Notes under the pieces: generated by a model | The model's input: the letters and a program-made list of their open reading frames with translations, nothing else | What the model was told of the DNA's origin: nothing | Database searches by the model: none | Program-made: the position numbers and the translations under genes | Shown: positions 1 through 11,228 of the stretch, piece by piece | How positions within the stretch are numbered: position 1 is the stretch's first letter | How the letters are laid out: each line of letters opens with the position of its first letter | Assembly: GCF_016432865.1 (NCBI RefSeq) | Contig: NC_067401.1 | Coordinates: forward strand, 130,634,001-130,698,000 | DNA length: 64,000 nucleotides | From: Antechinus flavipes | Lineage: Eukaryota | Reading direction: 5' to 3'

Positions 1-345
1 AACTCTGTGCCTTGCTCACTGTTCTCCTGGAACGCCCTTTTTTCCTTCTTCACCTGACTCCCCATCCTTTAAAATCCAGTTCAAATTCTCTTGACCTCCA
101 TTAAACCTTTTCATTTCTCCAGCTAGAAGTGATCTCTCTCTTTGGGGAACTTATGCAACATTCTACACAACAGCATATGTGACCCTCTGCTTTCAATCAC
201 GGATATGTTTATGTCCCCATCTTATCTCCCCATTAGACTGTAAGCTTCCAGAGGATTTCTATTTATCTGACATCTTACCTGGTTTTTGTTCTTTGTACAC
301 AGCAAATGCTTGACCAATATTTGATGAAAGAATGGATGGATTGAT
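1..345 (+). mobile_element. Degenerate LINE L2 3' end
   Basis: ctcccattagactgtaagcttcc followed by aatgcttgaccaatatttgatgaaagaatggatgg, a typical L2 tail. Confidence 0.6.
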
Positions 346-443
346 TACTTCAAAGTATCGAACATAAAGCAAAAGATGAGAATTTGAACCTATGCCCTTT
401 TCCCTCGGGGCCTCTCCCCCAGGAGCCTACAAGACCCCCTCAC

Positions 444-2031
444 CTGCCACATCCAGATCAACCTTGAAGTTAGCAGCGTGGGTATGGATGGTCCCTAAGG
501 TGTGCTCCCCAACCCGGTTCCCATATCTTCGGCCAGCGCCAAATAAAAAGGATGAGCTGATGTAGCCGGTAGCATGAAACTTGACCTCTATGGCTCCATT
601 GGGGTGGAAGGCCATGTCCCACACGTAATCATAGTTGAGTAGAGTGGACACAGACCTGACAATCAACACTGTCCCCGGGAGACCCCCGTAGTAGTAGGAG
701 AAAATATCAGAGTGGTGCCGCCGCAAGGGGATGCCCTGGTTCTGTTCGAATATGCACAGAGCATCGCGGATGGTCCTTGGAGCCCCAGAATCTGCGAGGA
801 AGTCCCAGTCCACGTAGGTGGCCAAGTATGGACAGTCCACTCCCCGAGTCAGCGGTGTGGAGAACAGGCCCATGCCAAAATTTCCGTCTAAATAGCGAGT
901 CATCATGGCTGCCGGGGAATTGCCGCCATAGATAGTCAAAGCCTCCTGGAGGCCCACCTCATAGGCCACGCGCTCGCCTTGGAACCGGATGTCAAAAATC
1001 CTCAGGCCGCTGAACAACTCCAGGCTGAAGGTGAAGGTCCAGAGAGGAGAGGCCACCTGGCTGCCTTGGACGTGGTATCTGGGACCCTGGGGAGAAAACT
1101 GCAGTGGGGGTGGAGCACCTGGGGAGCCCCGGGGCCTGAGGGATGAAGGTCCCTTGGAGCTGGGGGGTGCTATCTCTACAACTTCCACCCGTCCTCCCTC
1201 AAACTCTCTTTCAAGGACCTCCAGGCTCTCGTAGTACCGACCGTTGTAGAAGGCCCGCTGAACTCTCCACTGATCAGGGTCCAGGGCCGCATGGTCCACC
1301 AGCAGCTCCAGCCCCACGGGGTGGAGGTAGAAGCCAGCCCCTGAGACATTGTAGTAGATCCCAAACCAGGTGGCCCGGTCCCCCGAGCGCAGGCCCCGGG
1401 GAGCAGTGGTCATGGACACCAGGTTGTTCTTGTAGTAGCAGCAGCGATGGAGGAGCCCACTGATGCGAGGCAGCGCATGCTCGGAGATCATCCTGCTCAC
1501 TTCTTCGAACTCCTTTGAGGACAGTGGGCGCTTGTAATAGGGGAGGGGGCCCCCGTGACGTTCTACAGTCACATCCCGGAGGTAGGCAGGGTTGGGCAGC
1601 GGCCCCACCACCAGCTCACTCACATTGGGCTGGGCCTGCTGGCCAAAGAAGACAATGGCTAGAGCCTCCCGGGGGGGTGGAGGGCCCCCCCTGTCCAGGT
1701 GGGCCAAGGCTGCGGCCTTGGAGGGCAGCTGCAGCTGCACTGAGTAGACAGAGTTATCAGATGGTTTGGCCAGGTTTGCATCCACCAGCCCTGATCCCAG
1801 CCTCTGGGTCAGGAAGCCCATGACAGAGGCCAGCTCCTCCCGGCTCAAGTCTGAGAACAGCCGGCTGGGGTCCGGGTGTGGCCTGAGCAGGCTCTTCTGG
1901 GCCGTCAGGGGGGAGCACTGGGGAGGTGGGCTGCACCGCCCCCCACCCCTGCCGGTCAGCAGGACACAAACCAGAGCAAAGATGATGAGGATGGAGATGA
2001 CCAGAAGCACCAGAGCTGTCCTCAGGTTCAT
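444..2031 (-). CDS. AOC3: Copper amine oxidase 3 (VAP-1/SSAO), coding exon 1 only (1588 nt); exons 2-4 lie left of the window
   Basis: ATG at 2031 starts a type II anchor ([25 protein letters not shown]). Vicinal CC, catalytic Asp in [11 protein letters not shown] motif STLLNYDY with the AOC3-type Leu before NYDY, and Cu ligands HTH are present. Phase-1 donor G|GTGAGG at 443. Directly downstream of AOC2, as in human. Confidence 0.9.
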
Positions 2032-2513
2032 GGCAACATGGACAGTCAAACCTAAACAGAAAGGGGAATGGGGAGGGGGATATCTCCAGGCAAGGGCAGT
2101 GCTTGGGGTTATGTGCCTGGTCACAGGGCAAAGCTGCCAGACTGCAGAGATATGAGAGAATGTGTAGGGCCCAGACAGCAGGGGGGAGGATCGGAGGGAT
2201 GGGAGGACCAAGGGCGGGCCAGCCGGGGGTGGAGGCGGAACTGAAGCAGGGGCCACTGGAGCTTGAGCTGAACCATATAAGGATCTGTCTTTCATATGGG
2301 GTCCTGCTTCCAGAGGCAGAGCTGGGGGTCACGCATGGGAAAGGAAAATGAGAGGAACGCAGGAGAGAGAAGGGGCTGAGTGCTATGTCCTCTGTCCTAC
2401 TCCTATCCCCCTTTTCCAGCCTCCATTTCTTCCACCCTATTCTCCCCTTCCCTCCCACATCCAGATGTGGCCTTTTCTTTAGTTGCAAAATATTGTTCAG
2501 CCTCCAAGGGAAA

Positions 2514-2519
2514 TTTATT
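2514..2519 (-). terminator. Probable AOC2 poly(A) signal AATAAA
   Basis: tttatt on the + strand, about 370 nt past the AOC2 stop; the only canonical hexamer I saw before AOC3. Confidence 0.65.
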
Positions 2520-2884
2520 CCTTATGCACTCCCATCCTCCCAGTTTCCCTCTTTCCTAAATCAAAATTCTGACTCTTCCCCTCCCCCAGCTTTCTTCCTT
2601 CTGAAGCCCTCCACTTCCTCTACCATGAAAATTCTGGGGAGAGGGCAAAGAAGGGTTAAATTCTTAAAGAACCAAAGTGGAGAGGAAATGAGAAAGAATA
2701 AAGAACATGACAGGACTAGGGAACAGGGTGGGGATGAGTTCAGAGAGGATGCGTGGAATGACTCCCAGCTGACTTGAAGAATGTGCCAGGTAGGTCGACC
2801 AAGTAAGGAAAAGGATGGAGAAGAATGACTGAAGAGAGGGGAGTTACAAAAGACACAACCCAGATGTCAGGGTTTTAAGCAGAA

Positions 2885-5800
2885 TTAGAAGCCATAGTAG
2901 GAAAAGGGAGGCAGGTCAGGCACACAGGCAGCCAAATCCGGGAGGCAGGCAATGGGGTTAACGTCGCAGACCCCAGCATTCTGATCATCCCGAAAGTAAA
3001 TAGCATCAGGGGAGAAGGCAGAAGGGTCCTCATCAAAGAAGTTGTAGGGCCTGAGGAAGAAACCAACGCCATTTCCCGAAGTCACTGTGTTGGGGACGTC
3101 CTCTGCATGGGGGATATGCAGAAAGCTTGCTGTAACCCAGGCAACCAGGTCCTGGGAAAAAGAGGAAAGAATGAGGACCTCGCTTGTGAGGATGGACTTT
3201 GCCCACCCTTCCCCCACCTGGCAGGGAGGAGGAGTCCCCTCCCCAATATTGTCAGTCTCCAACACTCAACTCTACAGTACAACTCAGGGTGTATCAACCA
3301 TACTTCCCCATCTCCCACAAGATCCTAGCTGCCCCCGGGGAAACCAGCTGCAGGATGATTTGTGCTCAGGTTTGAGCAATCACCCCAGGAGGGTAGGAGG
3401 GGCCTCTGTTTCCTTTCTATCCCAGGCCATGTGGCATCTGTCCCCACAACTTTGCTGAAACTGCTCTGAGGCTACCAGTAACTCTCAATTGCTGAATTCA
3501 AGGGTCTCCCCCCCTCCATCTTCTTCCTTAAACTCTGCATTATTTTTTAACATTATTGACAACATCCTCCCTGTTTGTTCTCATTCCTTGACTTCTGAGG
3601 TATCACCTTCTCCCTGGTTCTCCTCCCTCCACTCCAATAGCTCCAGTCTTTTTTGCTGGTACCTCAACATCAAGGTTCCACATCTGTCCTTGGTTTTCTT
3701 CCTCTATAGTTTTCCTTTATCCTCTAACACCTTCAAATAATATGTGTAAGGCACTTAGCACAGTGTCTGGCATATAAAATACTTATCCCCTTCTTTCTTC
3801 CCTTTCCTCCCTCTATTGAAGGGATTCACATATCTAAATCTCCAGTCCTGACCTAAGCTCCACATCTGTGTCTACAAACATCTACTATGTCGTCTCTAGC
3901 TAGACAAACCTCTCAAGCTCAGCATGTTCAAAATAGAATTTTACTCAACACTCTTCCTTAATGTTTCTGTCATTGACTCATCCAATTTCCTTGATTAAAG
4001 TTCCTTTATTGCTCATATCCAATCAGCTTACCAAATTCTGTTGGTTTTATGTTTGAAACCTTTCACACATCTGTCATCATTATCTCTCTTATCCTACTTT
4101 CACCATTTTAATACCAACCTTCATTACCATCCACCTGGAATATTAAAAGTTTCCCATAGTTTCAGCCTTCACCCTTTACTGCTCTCAAGTTTATCTTTCA
4201 TTGCTGCCAACATTAAACTTTATGCATTGATTCAGTCATCAATTTCACTATTCAAATGTCTTTTAGGCTATTTATTGTTTACTAAGTAAAACTCATACTC
4301 TTTTCCCCTGGTATTCATGGTCTTTATTTATAGCAACACTATCTTTCCAGCCTTATCACATACTGCTCTCCTCTACAGGTTACACTCCAGTCAAATTAGA
4401 CTTCTCTCCTGAATATGTCTGTACTCTCTTACTTGCATACCTTTGTTTATGGTGTTCTGGACACTGTTTTAAATCTGCACCTTGATAAATGTAGCCTTTA
4501 AAACCCTAGTTCAAATGCCACTTTTACCATAAAACTTTCTGATTCCTCTAGTCATATCAACAATTTCCCTGATGATTTCTTGCACATTTTTTGTACTTGT
4601 GCATTACTTTGACCTGTGATTATCTAAATAATAGAAACAGAACTGGATTTTGTTTCAGGACATGTAGGTTTGAATCCAGCTTTGCCACTTACTTTCCCTG
4701 CCCCAGCACCTTGCATATAGCAGACACTTAATGATAATCGTTGTTTCTGGTGCTGAATATCATACAAGTCCCTATCCTTTCAAAAGGCTCAGACACCCAA
4801 AGTCAAAGTCTAAAGACTGACATGTTAGTCAAAAAGACTGAACAAACTTGGAGACTTGGTAACTCCTCTCTACCCCCATCCATCTCTAGGGCAACTGACC
4901 TCCCCAGAGAGCAGCTCATTGTCAATGAAGTTGGCAAAAACCACAGTTGGTGTCCAGGGATCATTCTGGTTGTAGATGCTGCTGCTCTGTGGCTCCTCCT
5001 CTTTCCGGCGAGTCACTGCCAGCTGGTACCTAACCATGGGATGGGGACTCCAGATAAGCCTGAGAGGCCTTAGTTAGAGACTGGGGTGAATCTTTATATA
5101 ATTAAGTCTTCTCTCCAGATGCTAGGAGATATTTTGCCTTTTGGTCTGGAGGAAAGGACGGGGAGCTAACAAATTGTACCCTTTCTTCCTGATTCTTCCC
5201 ACCCAGATCCCTTCCTCCCTCTTCCTCACCTTCCCCAGCTGAATGCCTTCTCCATGCTGGTCTCCTGGGGTAGATGTACTCCAGCAGGACTATGAATCTG
5301 CAGCCGATATCCACGGCGGTGACCCCAGGTATTGGTGTGGTTGCTGGCAAGATACAGGTATCTGGGAAGGTCATCTCCCAGGAGGAAGGCTGCCTTATTC
5401 TCTCTGTCCAATATCTGCCTTGTCAGCTGTGGACGTTGCAGCTGGTGTTCAGGACTCCAAGGCACAGCTATGGGTTCAAACACCACATCCTCTGCCACCA
5501 CCCAATTTTCTAGCCCTGCAGGGGTGAGGCAGGGTAGGGGTTGGGATTACACATCATTTGAGATCAATTCAGACAAATTGTATAATACACACACACACAC
5601 ACACACATACATGCACACATGAGTGATGAAAAAGTGAATGATTCAAAATCTTACAAAGATGAACATTGAAAATGTTTACATGTAATTAGAAAAAAAGAAC
5701 AATTCATCTCTGATTGACTCCCTACCAAATTCCCCACAAGGCTATTTCATACCTTTCTGTTAAACTCACAATTCCACCCCCCTCCATATCTCCTTTCTTA

Positions 5801-8800
5801 AAGTGTAACCCTGACTCTTCCTTTGTGAACTAATCCTCTCATCTCATTTCCACACTCCAAAATGTCACATTTTCATCATTCATCCACTCCTTCCTTGTTT
5901 TCAGAGTAATATTTCCTTTACAACTCTTAGCAAAGCTAAATCCCTCCATTTCTGTCCCAGTCTTCCAGTCACAGAACTTGCTCCTTCATATCCATCTTTG
6001 ACTCCTTCCCATTTGCTTATAGACATGCTTAGGTTTCCCTTATCCTAATCAAATCTTCCCTTTCCTTACTACTTATCAAGCTATTTCTTCTTGGCTTTCT
6101 TCTTTTACTCTCAAATGTAGTATTTCCAACGTAAGCTTATCACTTTTCTCCCTTAACCTGCTCCTCCCTTCTGATCACTCTTTGTGGCACCCACTGTTTC
6201 CCACCACCAGTTTCCCACATTCATAATAACCTTGAGACTACCTTTGACCATTCCCTTCTCTTTTCCCTCTCATAGCCAATTACCTAGATTTAATGTTTAC
6301 ATAGCCATACTCTTCTCATTTGTGCTCCCCCTCTCTCTATTCCACAATCACCACCTTAATATTGGCCTTGAGGACCACTTACCTGGACAACTGTAATAAC
6401 TTCTTCACAGGTCTCCAATCTCTATTTCTCCCTGCCCCATAGCTCTCAAATTCACCCTGTATACTACTGCCAGCATTATTTTATTAGCAACTCTAATCAT
6501 ATCATTCCTCTGTTCAAAGAATCATCATTGGCTCCCCTTGTCTTTTGAAGTTGACTTGTCTGCTTAACTCTCCATTCTCTGTAACCATTATACCTTCCCA
6601 GCCTTATCTTGTTACTTCCCCTTCCCTCCCCCACCTTGAACTCTTATAGTCAAATTGAAGTATATATATGTCCTTTACACACACACACACACACACAGCT
6701 CGTGTTTTTATACATTTGCCCTTAAATGCAATGCTTTCTGTAGAAATGCCCTCACTTCTTGAGTTTTCCTACTGAATCCTTAAGTCATCTCTTAAAAAAT
6801 TCATTTCAAATACTACCTCATTCAAGAAACCTTTCTGAAGTTTTCTACCCAGCCACAGTGTTTTGAGTCAAAGAATATGGGCACTAATCTTGAGACTCCT
6901 TACTATGTGTATGACTGGTTAGTGAAATAGGAGGAAAAGCATTTAGTGCAATTATGTCTGACATATAAAATCTATAAAGGTCTTACATATACATTGTCAT
7001 ATATATATATATAATTTTATACATACATACACACACGACCAATGGAATAATGACCAAGAGACATGAACAAACAAATCAAAAGAATTACAAACTGCTAATA
7101 AGATTAATAACCATAAAAAATGCAAACCAAGAAACCTTAAGCTACTACCTTCATACCCAACTAGGATGAGAAAAATAGCAAAAAATAATCAAAATCAAAA
7201 TTGGTGCAACTGCAAGGAAAACAGGAACTTTTAATGAATTGTTGATAGAGCTGCAGACTGGTGCAAACATTTTGCAGAGTAGTATATATGTCAACATATC
7301 ATGAAACTAAAAAAACTGGCTAATTTTTGTTCTAACAATTCTTATAGAACCCTTGCCCTAAGATATTATAAAAGGATGCTTATATTTAAAATATTCATAA
7401 TTGCTTTATTTGTAATAGAAAAAAAAGGAAACCCATCTATATATCCAAGAACTAAATGGCTGAAAATGTTATGGAACCTACCCTTGGAATACCCGGGTTC
7501 AAGTTCTGCCTTTGATACACTTTGACTATGGCAAGCCAATGAATTTCTTAGTTATAGGCAATTCTTTAAAACTACAAATTGCAGAGAAGGTGCCAATCTG
7601 CATCAGCAAAGGGAGTTTCCTCATCGGGAATTCTCTAGTTCAATGAAATCACAGGTTCAGTCCCTTTCTATGGTGTAATATACATGGAAGCAGCTAGATA
7701 GCTCAGTGTACAGAACCCTGGACTGAGTCTGGGATACCCATCCAGAAACCCCCACACACTTATAGCTATGTAACCCTAAGTAAATCATTTCATTTCTATT
7801 AAAAAATGAGATGCCCTTTCTCTCCCACAACTGTTGAGGGGATCTCTTAAAGGGAAGTCCCTGGATCCACAGAAATCCTGTGCTAAGTATGTTCCCCAAA
7901 TTCCCATCTTCATTCAACTGTGCTATACACTGGTAGCCTTTATAGTTAGGCTCAGGTGGATATCACTTGAGACAGTACACTTAAAGCACTTTGGCAAAAT
8001 CTTAAGATGCTACATAAATGCATGCTCTTAAATGTTGATTTTAGGAATTGGGAAAACTTGGGTTCAAATCATGGACACATGGTAAAGTCAATCTCCTCAA
8101 GTTTCCTCATCTGTGTAATGGGGAAGTGTCCATTTTCCTATCTCACAGGGTTGTTGAGAGGTTCAGATGAAACAATAGCCTTTGAGGGCTCTACAACAAT
8201 GTTAGCTATTAGGTGACACAGGCTTCTTTCATAACTTCTCTTTGTTCACAACAGCCAGCTGCAGGTAACCACCCAACTCACCCAAACCACCATGATCCCT
8301 GTAGGTTTATGTAGCTGGCTGTATCTCCCATGTTGCATCACTGATCACAGAGCATGCTGCAAATAGCAGAGATCAGTTTATGCAGAAACACAAAACCTAA
8401 AACAATTTAATAATTCCAGCTAATGTGAGAATGTGAAGCAAAGGTGATGACCCTGTCTAGACATCTGATAAACTGTTTCATGGACTCTCTGTGCCTGATA
8501 CTTCATATAGTGGACAATATAATTGCTCAGGTCACTCTCACCAAGTGCATTATACTACTTGTGTGGTGCTCCAACTTTATCCCCTCAATCTCCTTCCAAA
8601 GACTGGTATTTTGGATCTTTCTCCTTATATATTCCTTATTAACCAACCCCAAATTACCTGCTACATCCAGGTCCAGCTTGAAGTGAAAGGCATGAGTGTG
8701 CAGTGTCCCCAGGACTTGTCCCCCTATACGGTTCCCAAAGCGAAGAGTATTCTCTCCCCCACCTAGAAAGGCTGTATTGATATAGCCTGTAGCATGGACC

Positions 8801-10245
8801 CGGCCCTCAAGTGCTCCATGAGGGTGTAATACAAAGTCCCAGATGTAGTCATAGTTGCCCACAGATGACACCGACCGGATAACAAGAGCCGAACCAGTTA
8901 CGGCACCAAAGTAACGACCCTGTGCCTGGTTATGGTGTCTTCGAAGAGGCATTCCCCGTGCCTCTTCAAATACACACAAGGCTCCAGGGAGCAACTGGGC
9001 TGTCCCTTGGCCCACCAGCACATAGGCATCCACCATAGTGGCTAAATAGGGACAATCCACTCCCCGTACAAGCCCCCGACTGTGCCGACCAATCCCATAA
9101 GTGCTATCCAGGTAGTGGGTCATCATTGTCTTTGGTGAATGAGCACCATAGATGGAGAGACATTCCTGGACACTGATTTCATAAGCCACCCGCTCCCCCT
9201 GGAACCATACATCAAAAATCCTCATGCCACTGAAAACCCCAAGGCCAAAGGTAAACGTCCAAAGTGGAGAGGCTACTTGACTCCCTTGGACACTATAGCG
9301 GGGACCCTGGGGTGAGAACTGCAGAGGAGGAGGAGGACCTGGAGGTACCTTAGGCCTCAAAGAGGATGCCCCATCTGGCAAGGGTGGAGCAATCCTAACC
9401 ACATCCACTTGGCCAGCCTTGAACTTTTGCTCCAATTGGCCCAAATCCTCATAATAGTAGCCTTGATAGTAGACCTTCTGGAGGGACCACTGAGCTGGAT
9501 CCAGGTCCCCGTGATCCAGCAGCAGTTCCAGCCCCACAGGATGCAGAAAAAAGCCAGCATCTGAGACATTCTGGTGGAGGGCAAGCCAGGTAGTACGCTC
9601 CCCTGATCCAAAGCCATGAGAAGGTGAGGGCACAGGTGCCAAAGAAGAGCCATCGTAATTGAAGACCGAAGTCAGGAAGACAGGTGCCTTAGGCAGCTCT
9701 ACCTCCTTCAAGTGCTTCCACATTTGGGCAAACTCAGTCTTCAGCATGGGGCGCCGATAATATGGGAGAGGACCCCCCCAGCGTTCTATGGTCACATCGC
9801 GAAGGTAGGAAAGGCTTGGCAGTGGCCCCACCACCAACTCACTCACATTGGGCTGGGCCTGATGGCCAAAGAAGACCACAACTAGAGCTTCGCGGGGGGG
9901 TGGTGCTTTTCCCCCATCCAGGTGGGCCAGGGCTGCGGCTTTGGGGGGCAGCTGCAACTCCACTGAGTAGACACAGTTGTCTGAAGGGCTGGCATGGCTC
10001 GCATCTACCAACCCTGTCCCCAGCTGCTGGGCCAGGAATCGCATCACTGCGGCCAACTCCTCCCGGGTCAGATCTGAGAACAGCCGGCTCCTATTAGAAT
10101 GCAGCCCAGACTGACTGACAGGGGTCCGTGAGGGACAGTAAGGAGTTTGGCTGGAAGCACCCCTACCAGTCAACAGAACACAAACCAGAGCAAAAATGGT
10201 GACAACGGAGAGAGCCAGGAGGACCAGAACCACCCTTGTATTCAT
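2885..10245 (-). CDS. AOC2: Copper amine oxidase 2 (retina-type), 4 exons, 756 aa
   Basis: Exons 10245-8658 (1588), 5515-5230 (286), 5029-4900 (130), 3151-2885 (267); all introns GT-AG; total 2271 nt. TPQ motif SSVGNYDY with the AOC2-type Gly, YLD catalytic Asp, HTH plus LHIPH Cu ligands, C-terminus [14 protein letters not shown]. Confidence 0.95.
3440..4620 (+). mobile_element. L2 fragments with an inserted SINE tail (AOC2 intron 3)
   Basis: Pyrimidine-rich L2 motifs (ctcaagctcagcatgttcaaaatagaa, ttcaaatgccacttt); SINE tail gcacttagcacagtgtctggcata near 3750. Confidence 0.55.
5587..5606. repeat. (AC)10 microsatellite
   Basis: Read directly. Confidence 0.9.
5990..6860 (+). mobile_element. 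L2 fragment (AOC2 intron 1)
   Basis: cctggacaactgtaataacttcttcacaggtctcc, tcatatcattcctctgttcaaa, ttcaaatactacctc. Confidence 0.55.
7050..7475 (+). mobile_element. Old L1 ORF2 C-terminal fragment
   Basis: A-rich; residual IFIIALFVI...KWLKMLW resembles the L1 ORF2 end. Confidence 0.65.
7490..7665 (+). mobile_element. MIR3/Mar3-type marsupial CORE-SINE
   Basis: gcagagaaggtgcc...gggagtttcctc...caatgaaatcacaggttcagtcc tail; a similar copy lies at about 44490-44670. Confidence 0.6.
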
Positions 10246-11228
10246 AGTGAATACCAAACAGATCAAGTCCTGGGAAGAGTTCTCCCAGTTGCTTCTCCCA
10301 GCTCCAGGATCCAACTCTGGGGAGAAAGCTACTCCCTGGGGCGGGACTGAAGCTCTCCACCCCCTGGTCTAGATATGTAATTTTCTCCATACTTTGGTCC
10401 TGCCCTCTCCATTTTCCTTTTCTGTGGTTTGGCTTTCCCAATTGCCATCCCCCGCTCCCCTATTCTCCCCACCCCCAGCCCCAGTACACCCGTGAGTCAG
10501 GCTCCAACAACAATAAAAAATGTAGGTACTTTTCATCACTGCCAATGTTGTTGGTTAAAAACTTTTAATTTAGGGGTTTCCTTTAGTTGAAGGATAGCAT
10601 AGATCATGGGTAAAGAAATTTTTAGAATCTTGAAGTACAACCAAACAGGTGCTGGAAATAAGATTCCTGCTTTAAGTCTCCTTACAAGGCATCCTTATGC
10701 AGAGCTAAAGAGCACTGGACTGCAAGTCAGAGAACCTAAAGGATGCATCTGCAGGAAATATTAATATCCTCAAGTCACAGGGCAAGTCACTCTACCTTTG
10801 TGGGGCTAAGGGAGGTGGGGAGGTTGTCTCAGTTCCTTAAAGTCCATAAGAATTGGAATAGTTACATCTCCAAAGTTTTCTTAATTCTGATGCTGTATAC
10901 ATACAGGTGTGTATACGTACACACACACCATGTCTTATCTCTTCCATTTTAGTATAGTCTTAAGGGGAGCCAGCATCTGTACCATCCTTTTTTCCTATCC
11001 CCATTAACATTTCCCTTAGTACAAATAAGCTAGGTCCTTGGCAAGCCTTTCAAAGAAAAGGGAACTCCTGAGCTCCAGGACTAGAGAACATGACCATTCA
11101 GTGCAAAAGACAGGTACTCTTCCCCACATGTGCCTCTGCCTCACAATCCTAGGATGCCCTCCCTTTCATCTACTCTCCATTTCCCACACTAGTCTTTTTT
11201 TTTTTTTTTTTTAACGGATTCTGATAAG

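Noticed and set aside
2032-2295. 88-codon in-frame extension upstream of the AOC3 Met, starting at ATG 2295
   Set aside because: Pro-rich and low in complexity; it would displace the type II anchor and probably lies in the promoter. The homologous start is 2031.
10246-10314. ORF-track extension upstream of the AOC2 Met
   Set aside because: Starts at TTG, not ATG, and shows no homology.
11195-11212. T18 tract as a sign of retrocopy insertion or a poly(A) tail
   Set aside because: No target-site duplication or processed-gene flank; treated as a genomic A-run and an internal-priming hazard.
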